DNA of 64,000 nucleotides from Narcine bancroftii (taxonomy: Eukaryota). Shown piece after piece: positions 26,186 to 37,939 of the stretch. The notes under the pieces are model-generated. The model did not search any database, had not been told where the DNA came from, and worked only from the letters and a program-made list of their open reading frames with translations. The position numbers and the translations under genes are program-made. Within the stretch, counting starts at the first letter, position 1; each line of letters begins with the position of its first letter. The stretch lies in the NCBI RefSeq assembly GCF_036971445.1, contig NC_091473.1, forward strand, positions 236,344,001-236,408,000. Direction: 5' to 3'.

Positions 26186-27694
26186 TTGATGAGAGCATTT
26201 TAATGAAATTGCATGTGAATATTTGGGAATGATGAATAGATTGATTGGAATGGAAGAGATTGTAAGGGTGCTTGCAGTTGTTTCATAAGTCTATATGAAA
26301 GGCTAAAGCCTGAGAAGTGATACTGAGAGGTTGAATCTTTTTTTTTGAATCATTTTTTAAAATTCATCAAAGCATTTCCAAAATGGAATCAATAAGTAAA
26401 CCACATGCAACCTGAGTGTTCCCTTGCTTACTTTGGAGAAGGTGACGTCACTTTGTAAAAAGATTTTTTTAATGGAGATCCTTATTGATTAAAGGATTTG
26501 ATATTTTCAATGCTGGCATAAATGAAAAGGCACTCCAAAGTCAACATCAAAAATGTTTTGAACTTCTCTTCTGGCCCTGTACTACAGATCTTTCCCACTC
26601 CCAATATAGCTCAGAAAATATGTTCAGTCTCCTGAAATCATTTGGGGTAATTGCTGTGAAGCCACATATTTAATTTTAAAAGTACTGTACATACAAACAA
26701 AGCAGATTACCGAAGTCCACCTCTCTGACTTTCATTCAAGAATCACACATCTATGACTACTAATGTCTGTGAATTAATTTCCATAATTTGGTCTGACTAT
26801 ATATACTGAAATGTGATACTTAAAATATAATATCATTTGTATGAGCAACGAAAAGTATTTTAAAATTAAAACTTTTAATATTTTATTTAGGGATATTTAT
26901 TATCTTCTGAAATCTCTGTCACATAACTGACTCGTTGTAAAAGTGTAATTACAAGTCTTTTAAGATTTTGTAAAAGCATAATGGCACTAAAATGCTCCCT
27001 GGCTTTTGATTTCTAGAGAAAACAATCCAAGATTGCTCAAACCATCCTTGATGAAATGTAACACCTGACTGATTGCTGGAAAACTCTGATCCACGTCTGC
27101 TCGAAGTGTCACCTTTCTTTATTGAGAGCCTCAATTCCACACATTTAGAAGCCCTGCGTCAATCATGGCAGGACTACAACACCTCGCATATTCATGTTCG
27201 CACAGGCTAGCAGCCACCTCCTGCACCTCTGTTGTCCCCACATCACCCTTATCAGCCTCCTCACAACCAACACTCCTGGAGTGGAACTGATCCTCCACCC
27301 CGAGGGAGTGCTGAAAGAGGGTCCACAGCGCTCCCTCCTCATTACCTGGAGAGGTTCCTGTTCAGATCACTCGTCATTCGAGCCTCTGCTTTTACTTTGA
27401 AGGTGGAATTTGGATTTTCGTCTGACCAAACATCTCTCTTACCAAAATTCTGAAATGCTCATCTCACAGGGTCAATAGGAGGTAACGAAATATCACCGAC
27501 ATTTCAGGCCTAAGGCCTTCCTCTATGTATGAGTGGGAAAACACAGGCAGTATTAAAGGCTGGGGAAAAAAAAGGGGCATGAATTGGGGGTTGGGGGTGG
27601 AAATACAGACCAAAAGACAAAAGGTGTTAATTGGATATGATGAGAGGAAAGGTGAGAATTGATTTTGACTGTGTGAAAGAAATGAGAGGGAAAG

Positions 27695-27696
<2 letters not shown>

Positions 27697-27730
<34 letters not shown>
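27697..27730 (+). repeat. (GA)n microsatellite within a Penelope-like fragment (about 27460-27780, - strand)
   Basis: GA dinucleotide run; flanks resemble 9870-10330. Confidence 0.85.
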
Positions 27731-27732
<2 letters not shown>

Positions 27733-29026
27733 TCACCAAGGTAATGGGATGGGGAATTTAAATGGATGGCCACTGGCAGATTCACATTGTTGACATGGAA
27801 AATCTCATCCTGGCAGCAAACCTTATAAACCTACCAAACCTGACATAATCAGTGATCTGAGCCACCCCAGTTTAGAGTTGGGGGGCAGCAAGCACTAATT
27901 GACAAAGAGCTTAGTGCTGAAATGATAGTTATTTATCTTTGCCTCCTGTGGTTGCTGTGGGAAATGCTGGGTTTCTCCAGTACCTTTGAGTACTTAATTC
28001 ACAGCACAACCATTCACATTAATGCTGAGCCTCAGTGCTGAGCCACTCACCCGCGCATGTGCAGCTGGGCTCAAAGAAAGTGAACCCCTATACAATTCGA
28101 GTTGTACATTTGACAGCATGGGTGAGGAACAACATGGTTGGGCTATCAGCTGTTTATTTTCAACTTAGAGGAGCATTTGCCATGAAAACATGTGCTAAAT
28201 CTTTTTGGGTATTTTATACTAATCATGCTCTGAGCTGGTTTTAAAGGCTGGAGGGATGCCCTTCATTTCAATTTTAATAAAATGGGATTATCACTGTAAG
28301 GAATAGTATGGACAGGAGAGACTGAATGGTCAAAGTTAACATTTAACATTTCACACACACAAGCACAACATGAATCACAGCCCAGCGATAATTTGATTTA
28401 TTGGAAGAACTGAGGGAAGGCTTGTCACATTCTGTTCCAGTATTCAATACATTTGCAAAGACATTGGTGATTTTGCAAGGGAGAACCATTCTGACTGCTA
28501 AAGTGAGAACAGCATTTTGAAGCCAGCCATTTTTGTGGAATTCCGAGCTAAGCATGCTCTGTGAATGACTGGGCCATTTTGGTGTACTGACCTATGCCAG
28601 GAGGGTCTTTTTGGGAAGCAAAGTGCTTCATTTTGATTGTGACTAACAGTGGAGATTACGTGGAGAGACTGCTTCAATTTAAGTGTGACTAACAGTGAAG
28701 TTACTTGGAGAGACCGATTCCACAGACACGGCCTCACTTTCTCCCATTTTTGTGCACTATTTATTTTTGAAATTTGATTAAATGCAATATTGCACTGCAG
28801 TGCTGCCACAGAACCACGAATTTCATGACATGCTCACGACAATAAGTTCTGATTCTGAAACGTTGTGACATACTCTATTCACAACATTGTGTAAACACTG
28901 TGACACCTTGTTGTTCCTTCCCCCTCTGCTGTTATTTTATCCCTAGTGTTCAGTGACTTCATCTCGGCATAGGGTTTAAGTGGACTGTTTATTTTCATCC
29001 GTATATCGAGTCTTCTTTCTATCAGC

Positions 29027-30114
29027 TGTGTGCATCTCTACAGGTCCACCAGCGGTGTGCATCTCTACAGGTCCACCAGCGGTGTGCATCTCTACAGGTC
29101 CACCAGCGGTGTGAATCTCTACAGGTCCACCAACTGTGTGCGTCTCTACAGTCCACCAACTGTGTGCGTCTCTACAGGTCCACCAACTGTGTGCGTCTCT
29201 ACAGGTCCACCAGCGGTGTGCGTCTCTACAGGTCCACCAACTGTGTGCATCTCTACAGATCCACCAGCGGCGTGCGTCTCTACAGGTCCACCAGCGGCGT
29301 GCGTCTCTACTGGTCCACCAGCGGCGTGCGTCTCTACAGGTCCATCTGCGGCGTGCGTCTCTACAGGTCCACCAGCGGCGTGCGTCTCTACAGGTCCACC
29401 AGCGGCGTGCGTCTCTACAGGTCCACCAGCGGCGTGCGTCTCTACAGGTCCACCAGCGGCGTGCGACTCTACAGGTCCATCTGCGGCGTGCGTCTCTACA
29501 GGTCCACCAGCGGCGTGCGTCTCTACTGGTCCATCTCTACTGGTCCATCTCTACTGGTCCATCTCTACTGGCCCATCTCTACTGGCCCATCTCTACTGGC
29601 CCATCTCCACTGGCCCATCTCTACTGGCCCATCTCCACTGGTCCATCTCCACTGGTCCATCTCCACTGGTCCATCTCCACTGGTCCAACTCCACTGGTCC
29701 ATCTCCACTGGTCCATCTCCACTGGTCCATCTCCACTGGTCCATCTCCACTGGCCCATCTCCACTGGTCCATCTCCACTGGTCCATCACTACTGGTCCAT
29801 CACTACTGGTCCATCTCCACTGGTCCATCTCTACTGGTCCATCTCCACTGGTCCATCTCCACTGGTCCATCTCCACTGGCCCATCTCCACTGGCCCATCT
29901 CCACTGGCCCATCTCCACTGGTCCATCACTACTGGTCCATCACTACTGGTCCATCTCTACTGGTCCATCTCTACTGGTCCATCTCTACTGGTCCATCTCT
30001 ACTGGTCCATCTCTACTGGTCCAACTCTACTGGTCCATCTCCACTGGTCCATCTCTACTGGTCCATCTGCGGTGTGCATCTCTGCTGGTCCACCAGCTGT
30101 GTGCATTTCTACAG
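29027..30114 (+). repeat. Compound minisatellite: 27-bp units, then 14-bp units
   Basis: CAGGTCCACCAGCGGYGTGCRTCTCTA x ~18 (about 29027-29525), then CTCYACTGGYCCAT x ~39 (about 29521-30068), then two degenerate 27-mers. Explains the long repetitive ORFs 29030-30360. Confidence 0.97.
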
Positions 30115-30167
30115 GGCCGGGCTTCTGTGTCGAAAGTGCTGCCGGGCTGGAGCAGTGATGGCGGAAG

Positions 30168-30356
30168 ATGGGGGCCGTCCCGAGTGAACCGTGCATCTAC
30201 GAGAAGCTGGCGGACAGCGTCGAGGTGCTGCGGCAGTCCGGGGAGCGCTATGGCATGTCCGAGCGCGACATCGAGCGGTTCGTGGCCCAGATCCTGGAGA
30301 GCAACGAGCCACAGGGGGAAGCGCACAGGTACCCGTGGCTCCTGGCGGCGGCCAAG
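30168..30356 (+). CDS. C6orf89: C6orf89 (BRAP/amfion) orthologue, coding exon 1
   Basis: MGAVPSEPCIYEKLADSVEVLRQSGERYGMSERDIERFVAQILESNEPQGEAHRYPWLLAAAK resembles the human N-terminus as recalled (IYDKLSETVDLVRQTG...GMSEKAIEKFIRQLLEKNEP); donor AAG|GTGAG, phase 0; CpG-rich. Confidence 0.9.
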
Positions 30357-30487
30357 GTGAGGGAGCGGCGCAGGGCGAGGCGCCAGGGACCTGGGGGCTT
30401 CGCCACCTTCTTCCTGAAGGTGGCCAGAATAATGCTGGCCTTGTGTGATGGGGGCTGCTTGCTTGCTTCATTGGAGGTAAAGCACAG

Positions 30488-30982
30488 AAGTCTGCAGTGG
30501 TGGAAGTAAGAACACAAGGCTGGAGAAATCAGTAGGTCAAACAGGGTACTTTATAGAGCAGAGATAAAGATACCTTATGCCTCATGCACTGCCAAACCAA
30601 AGCCATCTGTAAATTGGAGAAGCAACATCTAATATTCTGTTTGGGCACTCTCCAGCTGGATGGCGTTGACTTCTCTGGTTTCTGCTACTCTGTCATCTTT
30701 CCTTCAGCTCTCCGCCCCCTTCCTTCTTCACTCACAGAGCCTATCCTCCCTTCCCCTGTTTGCTGGTGTACCCTCCCTCCCTTATCTGCCTATTACCTCC
30801 TGCCTGTGGGGTGGTGGAACTCCCCCCTGCTCCTCCACCCCACCATTTTATTTAGACGCCATACCTTGGTGAAGGGTTCAAGCCTGTAACATTGGTTATC
30901 TTTACAATCTAAAGCACACCTTTCGACCTGTTGAGTTTCTCCAGCATTGTGTTTTTACTTCAATCACGACGTCTGCAGACCT
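30488..30982 (+). mobile_element. Penelope-like element fragment with inverted partial terminal repeat, in C6orf89 intron 1
   Basis: HCQTKAICKLEKQHLIFCLGTLQLDG at 30584 onward; 30489-30574 is an inverted copy of 30896-30980, a typical PLE arrangement. Confidence 0.7.
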
Positions 30983-32077
30983 TTGTGATTTACACCAGGG
31001 AGGTAGATGGCGGCCAGACAGTGGTCGGATAGTTTTCATTGGAATCATCCATCCCACTGGGTTGTTTGTTCATTTCCATTAAAAAAAAATCCCAATGCCC
31101 CAGGAAGCCACTGGATTTAGGCTGGAGTTTTATAGTGTAAAGTAGAACATTTTTGAAGAATTCTTAGTTAAGTCACGGTCGACTTGTTTCTTAACATAAG
31201 GAAGTCGACTGAGCAAACAAAAAGCCTGTTGTTTTATTAAGAGGTCAGAGGATTAAACTGCATAATTTATTTAATTTTTAATTTGATCTTGGGGACTGGT
31301 AGGTGACTGAGGCAAAACGTAAAACCATTTGGCAAGTTTGTAAATGTCTTTGTAATAGCTTGAAATGGGTGATTGAATCCAATATTTAAAAGAAATCAAA
31401 TCAATATTTCAAAACATTTTCTCAACTGCAAACTAATTCAATTCATTTAATAGCGCTGTATGGAAACAGGTCTTTTGGCCTATGTGTCTGCTGAACATGA
31501 AATCCAAATCAAACAAACTCTGCTTCTTGATCCTCGTATTCGTATGTCTATCTAGAAGCTACTTAAAGTTTACTTTTAACCATATAACCACTTACAGCAC
31601 AGAACAGGCCAGTTTGGCCCTACTAGTCCATGCCGTAGCAAATCCCCACCCTCCTAGTCCCACTGACCAGCACCCGGTCCATACCCCTCTAGTCCCCTCC
31701 TATCCATGTAACGATCCAGTCTTTCCTTAAATGTAACTTTTTTTTTAACTTTTTTATTAAAATTAAAAAAAAATTCTGTTTATCAGTTTTTATTTCACTC
31801 GTTTCCCCCTGATGTTGACAGATGCCAGATTACAGTTCCCAGCCTGGACACAATAGTCTGCTTCTGTACACTCACCGCTTTTTTTAATTGCCCCACACAT
31901 CTCCTTTTAACAACTTCCCTTTCATCTTAAAAGCATGATCCTCAGTGTGTGATACAACTACTCGATGAGAAAAGATTTTGAGTGCCCGCCCTATCAATGC
32001 CTTTCTTTATTTTGTAAGCCTCTATCAGCCTCTTATGCTCAGAGAAAATAATCCAAGTTTGTCCAGCCTTTCCCCAT

Positions 32078-33040
32078 ACTCAGAATCAGAATTTATTGTC
32101 ATGAAATTTGGTGTTTTGCGGTAGCATCATAGTGCAAACATTTATATTATAACCATCTTACAACCTTACTATGAACTTTTTAAAAAGTAGGGCACGAAAA
32201 ATAAGGCAGTGTCTCTGGTTTATTGATTATTCAGGAATCTGACGGCAGTGGGGAAGAAGCTGTCCCTGTACCGTCGAGTGCTAATCTTTAGGCTCCTGTA
32301 ACTTTTTCCCAGTGGTAGCAGAGTGAAGAGGCCATGGCCTGGGTGGTTGGTCTATGAGGGTAGAGGCTGTTTTTTTAAGACACCGCCTCATGTAGATGTC
32401 CTCGATGGAGTGAATTCTGGTGCCTGTGATCTCATGCCGAGTTAACAACCCTCTGGAGTTCATTCTTTTCCTGAGAGTTGGTGCCTCCATACCGGGCATT
32501 GATGCAACCAGCTAGAAGGTTCTCCAAGGTATACCTGTAGAAGTTTGAGACTTTTCAGTGACGTACCGAATCTCCTTAGACACCTCACAAAGTATAGCCG
32601 CTGGCGAACCTTTTTTGTGATTGCATAAACGTGGAGGCTCTAGGACAGATTCTCGGAGATGTCAGCACCCAGGAATTTGAAGTTCTTGATCCTATCCATT
32701 ACTGAGTCCTTGATGAAGACTGGGAAGTGTTCCCCAATTTCTTTCTGAAGTCCACAATCATCTCCTTGATTTTGCTAACGTTGAGTGCAAGGTTGCTGTA
32801 GTTAGACTATTCATCGAGCTGATCTGTCTCCCTCCTGTACGCTTCCTTATTGCGTTGGTGTTTCTGCAGACAACTGTGGTATTATTGGCAAACTTGTAGA
32901 TAGCATTGGAATTATGCCTGGCCACATAATCTTGTGTGTATAAATGAGTAAAGCAATGGGCTAAGCATGCATCCTTGAGGTGCACCTGTATTGATAGTCA
33001 TTGAGGAGGAGACGTTGTTTCCAAATCACACTCACTAACC
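32078..33040 (-). mobile_element. Rex1/Babar-type LINE 3' fragment
   Basis: YTQDYVARHNSNAIYKFANNTTVV (decayed KFADDTTVV) and a (TCAGAA)n tail; second copy at about 39662-40100(-), related fragment at 33970-34240(-). Confidence 0.75.
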
Positions 33041-33104
33041 CAGGCAACATCCTGAAAAACCTCGACCCCTCAACTTGATATTCAAATTTGTTTTTAGAGT
33101 ACAT

Positions 33105-33968
33105 ACTGTGCCCTCCAAAAATGTTTGTGCCAAATACACTATTTTTCTTTATTTGGCCTGTGTTGCACTGTTTTAAATTTGTAATCAAACAATTCACACG
33201 TAATTAAAGAGCACATTCCAGATTTTATTCAAGGTTTTTGTATACATTTTTGACCATATAGCAATTACAGCAATTTTTATACACAGTTCCTCACTTCAGG
33301 GCTCCATAATTTTTGGGTCATTTGGTTACTCAGATATGTTTAATTGCTTCTTTGGTGCAGGTATAAGAGAGTTAGGCTTACTTCTAAGCTTTTGATTACC
33401 TTTGGAGTCTGTAGTTGTAATTTTTTAACATGAGGGCCAGCATTGTGGCAATGAAAGTCAAAGAAGCCATTATGAGTCTGAAAAACAAGGAAAAAAACAG
33501 TAAGAGAAATTGCCCAAACTTCAAGATGACTAAAATCAACAGTTTGGAACAACATTAAGAAGAAAGAGCATACTGGTGAGCTCATGAATTGCAAAGGGAC
33601 TGGTATTACAAGGAAGTCCTCCACTGTTGATGACAGAAGAATTTTCTCATAATAAAGAAAAATTCCCAAACATATGTCCGACAGATCAGAAATACTCTTC
33701 AGGAGGCAGATGTGGATATGTCAATGACCACTGTGCTCAGAAGACTTCATGCAAAGTAATACAGAGGCTACACTGCAAGAAGCAAACCATGGCATGGATC
33801 TTTATGCCTCCACATTTGCTCTTCCCATCACTCTGATACAGGTTAATCTTGGCTTCATCTGTCCACAAGACCTTTTTCCAGAATTCTGCAGGCTGCTTTA
33901 AATAGTTCTTGGCAAATTGTAATCCTGTCACCCTTTCTGTGGCTAACTAGTGGTTAGCAGCTTGCAGT
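33105..33968. mobile_element. Degraded Tc1-family transposon with internal inversion
   Basis: TIR-like CTGTGCCCTCCA...; HTH region on + (KTVREIAQ...KSTVWN...RKSSTVDDRRI); DDE-region start FWKKVLWTDEAKINL on - (33790-33960). Confidence 0.8.
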
Positions 33969-34239
33969 TTCTGCTCAGAGCTATGGGGGCGATGCAGCCA
34001 GTCCACACACTTTCCCTACACGTCTGTAGGTTTGCCAAGATTTCTGATGTCATTTCTGCACCTCTTCAAACATTTGAGGAAGTAGAGGCGCTGACGTGTT
34101 TTCTTCACGATGAAGTGAGTGTGTTGGGTCCAGGAAAGGACCTTTGAAATAGTCACTTTTAGAAATTTAAACTTACTTCCCCTTCTCCACCTTTGATTTC
34201 CAATAATCACTGGATCGTACACTTCTGGTTTTCCCTTCC

Positions 34240-36975
34240 TAAAGTTTTCACATTCTTTCTGTAACTGGGCAACCAGGATTGACCACTGTATTCTAAGTGC
34301 GGCCTAACCAAAGCTTCTTTGTAAGAACAGTATAATTAGGAGCAAGAGAAGGTCATCTGTTCTGTCATGGCTGATCTGATCGTGGACTCCAGTCCATCTC
34401 CCTCCCACTGCCCCATATCCCTTAATTCCACAAGGCAAAAATCTATCCAACCATGTTTTCAATATATTCAATGAGGTAGCCTCCACTACTTTCTTGGGTG
34501 GAAAATTCCTCAGGTTCAGCACCAGGGGTAAAAGCAGTCCTTCCTTATCGCTTAAATCTACTCCTCTGAATCTTGTGGCTCTTCTCCACTTCTAGTCTTC
34601 CCCTAACGGTTAAAACTACTTTCTTGCCTCTATTTTATCTGTTCCATAATTTTGTATGTTTCTGTTAGATTCCTTTTCTTTCTTCCAGTGAGTTTAGTCC
34701 CAGGTGACTAGTTCTCAACCAGTGGGCCATTTGGGTCTTTAAAAATATTAAATAAAGTACTTTACATTAGATAAAGATGTGTTTCTTACAGAGCTGCCTT
34801 TGACTTGAAAATATTGCTCAGTCATTGCCACTAGTGGGCCATGGCATGTTAGGCTGAAAGCCAGGTGGGCCTTAGAAAGAAGTTGAGAACCACTGTCTAA
34901 GGCTAACCCTCTCATCTTTGCAATCAACCTGGTGAATCATCTGCTCCACCTCCAAATCCAGTACATCTTTTCTCAAGTAAGGAGGCCAGAATTGTACAGA
35001 GTACTTCAGATGCAGCCTCACCAGAGCTCTACACGGAAAAGCAGAGCATCCCTACCCTTAAATTCAATCCTTTCAGCAATGAAGACCACTGTTGCATTTG
35101 CTTTCTTGATTACCTATCTACAAACCAACCTTTTGCAATTCATGCAGTTTGTGCACTAACACTTCTAAGTCTCTCCAAACACCAGCATGCTTTAATCCAC
35201 ACATGTCAAACTCTGGCCCGCGGGATACAATTATATTTGGCCCACAAGATCATTTCAAAAATGTATTAGAGGTGGCCCGCTTGCCGCCGCGCCAGTATAG
35301 CGCATGCACAGTAATACAACAAATCCCAGAATGCATTGGTGTCAGCCCGCTAATCGCCCCCACCTCCTCTGTTTACGTTGCAGGGTCTCACTGTGGACTC
35401 TGGTTTTGGGGCCTGGCCGGTGTCAGGGGAAGCCAAGGCCGCTTCCGAGCGCCCGGAACCAGAGGCCTCGGGCCTGACCTCGCCAGGACTGTTGCCCACT
35501 CCCCCTCCCTGCCGCAGGCCGACCCACGACTCACGGTGACGGGGCCGCTGATCTGCCGAGATGCCGCCCTGCAGCGAGAGCCGATGCCCCCGCACTGTCG
35601 TGTCCCCCCGCCCGCCCCCCCCCCACCCCCCCCAACAGCAGCACGGCCTGGCCGGTGTCAGGGGAAGCCAAGGCCGCTTTCCAGCGCCCAGAACCGGAGG
35701 CCTCGGGCCTGACCTCGCCAGGACCGTTGCCCACTCCCCCTCCCTGCCGCAGGCCGACCCGCGACTCATGGTGACGGGGCCGCTGATCCGCCGAGATGCT
35801 GCCCTGCAGCGAGAGCCGATGCCCCCGCACTGTCGTTGTCCAACCCGATCGCCCGCAAACCCCGCCCTCCCGCACACAGGCCTGAGTAAGTATTATGAAC
35901 TTTAATCTCAGGATAAAATGATCTTCCAATAGTTTCATGTCACAGTGATAAATATATTCTGGTTAAAAATGGTCCTGCACCTGGATACAAGCTCATTAGG
36001 CATAAAACTTGAAAAGTGTGTAAATCAAAGGATATCTGTACCAATGGAAAAAGGGCATGGCAAATAACCCTGCTAGAGTTCATGCCCACAATCAGTCACC
36101 CATTGGATTGTTTCCGGAATCATGTTATTCTCCCACATTCTCAATAGCCCTCAGATTTTACTATTCGACAGCACACTAGCAACATTTGACAAATCCTCTA
36201 TAGAGAAATACTATTTATTGAATATTTTATTTCTCCTTTGTTAATGCTTCTGGAAAGAGTTTATCCAAAACTATTATTAAACATTTATTTTAATAAGAAA
36301 AAGTTTAACATTACATATGTTGAAAGAAGAGAAAACATGCAGATGTTGTTGAAAATATTTAGTTCGGCCCTCAACTTAGTCCAAGTTTTTAATTTTGGCC
36401 CTCCGTGAATTTGAGTTTGACACCCCTGCTTTAATCTTTCACTATTTAAATAATGAATTGATCTTCTGTGTTTCCTGCCAAAGTGGATGTCCCCCTTGTG
36501 CTCAAATTCCTTGCCCAATGAAGGCAAGCATGCCTTCTTTATCGCTTTATATTCTTGTGTGGCCACTCTCAGTGACCCCCAGATCCTTCCACACATCAAT
36601 GCTTTTGAGAGTTTTACCATTAACTGTATACATTTCTTCTACTTTTGACCTCCCAAAGTGCAAAACCACACTTGCCAGATTAAACTCTGTCAATTTGTAT
36701 CTCAAACAACAGAGGTCTGAACACCAATCCCTGCAGAACACCACTGATCACATGCCTCTGGCTGGAATAACACTCATCCATCACGATCCTCTATCTTCTA
36801 TGGGCCAGCTGGTTCTGTATCTAAACAAACAATTCACCCTGGATCCCATGCATCTGTGCCTCCATATCACCATACTTGAAGGACCTTGTCAAATGCCTTG
36901 CTAAAGTCCATGAGGACATCTACTGCCCTACTCTCATCACCCTTCTGTCACCATCTCAAAAATTTCAAATTGGTA
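34240..36975 (-). mobile_element. Decayed CR1 fragments hosting nested hAT insertions
   Basis: Collinear with the 58.2-59.5 kb CR1; interrupted by a hAT MITE remnant (about 34710-34895, ending GTTGAGAACCACTG) and by hAT copy A. Confidence 0.7.
35198..36428. mobile_element. Non-autonomous hAT element, copy A (1231 bp)
   Basis: TIRs CACACATGTCAAACTC / GAGTTTGACACCCCTG; perfect 8-bp TSD CTTTAATC (35190-35197, 36429-36436); inserted in a CR1 fragment. Confidence 0.9.
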
Positions 36976-37770
36976 AGACTAATTATAAGCTGCATGATTT
37001 TAGGGGCAGATGTACTCGATTTCTCATATTTCTTTGCAACATTGCAAGACATATTCTCATTGATTCTATGCCAGTTGTCAGAGCTTCTCATTTCCCCCAT
37101 GTATTTCTCTATCACCTATTTTCTCTCATTCTCAATAACCACTGATTCTTCTACCATTTACATTTATGAGAGACTATGCAGTACAGACTTTCACAGCACA
37201 GATTGTAGTGGAAAGTATCATTTGCACATTTGCAATAACTTTATCTGGATAATGCATGAGAAATATTCACCTACTATTAAACAAGAGATAGAATGGGAAA
37301 ACTGATGAATAAGAATGGAATAGAGCCCATAAACAGGGAAAAATAAAAGCTAATGAAGGACTCCGAAAATGTGGGGGAGCAAATTGAATTTCAGGCTGAG
37401 AGAATACCAGACATGACGAGTAATGTCAGATAAATTGAGTCCGCACTGGGCATGGGCTAATCACTTTATAGCAACGGCCTGTGTCAGGGTACTGAATGTG
37501 AATATACCTTTTTATTTAAGTACTGTTTTACCATTTTAAGGGCTGAACTCTTCACATAATTTGAATAATTGTGAAAAGGTTCCAATTTCAAGCATGTGCA
37601 GGTTTTATTCTTTTGAAAAAACATAGCTCACTCGAGCAGCAGAAAGTCTAGCACTTTAATGGAACAACGTGGATTTTTGAGGCTGCAAATTGAATTAATA
37701 TAATTATTGTTAATTTGCTCGTTAATTTCAAATTTTGATGTAATTGAATATCTGCTTTATGTTCTAACAG

Positions 37771-37939
37771 ATTGTGGTTGCTCTGGGGCTTCTCATAATG
37801 GCAGCTTGTTCCCTTATCAGTCCACATAGTAGATCTCATTACCAAAGTAATGCTACAGATAATCAATATGGGAAGAATCCAATCGTTGGTCACATCCGTC
37901 TTTCCCACCTACCTATTGCGAAGAAGCACAATCTGGAAG
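37771..37939 (+). CDS. C6orf89: C6orf89 coding exon 2 (transmembrane segment)
   Basis: CTAACAG acceptor; IVVALGLLIMAACSLI...HIRLSHLPIAKKHNLE (human HIRLMSLPIAKKY); donor G|GTAAT, phase 1. Confidence 0.88.

Noticed and set aside
29030-30360. Three long ORFs (340-398 aa) of repeated VHLYRSTSG / STGP peptides, and the array as a possible CRISPR
   Set aside because: The ORFs come from a stop-free tandem repeat open in all frames with non-ATG starts. Units are head-to-tail with no unique spacers, there are no cas genes, and the context is eukaryotic.
35149-35938. GC-rich ORFs of 114-187 aa (and the similar cluster at 52590-53257)
   Set aside because: They lie inside TSD-bounded hAT elements; they are open because of GC content and internal duplication, with no recognisable domain.
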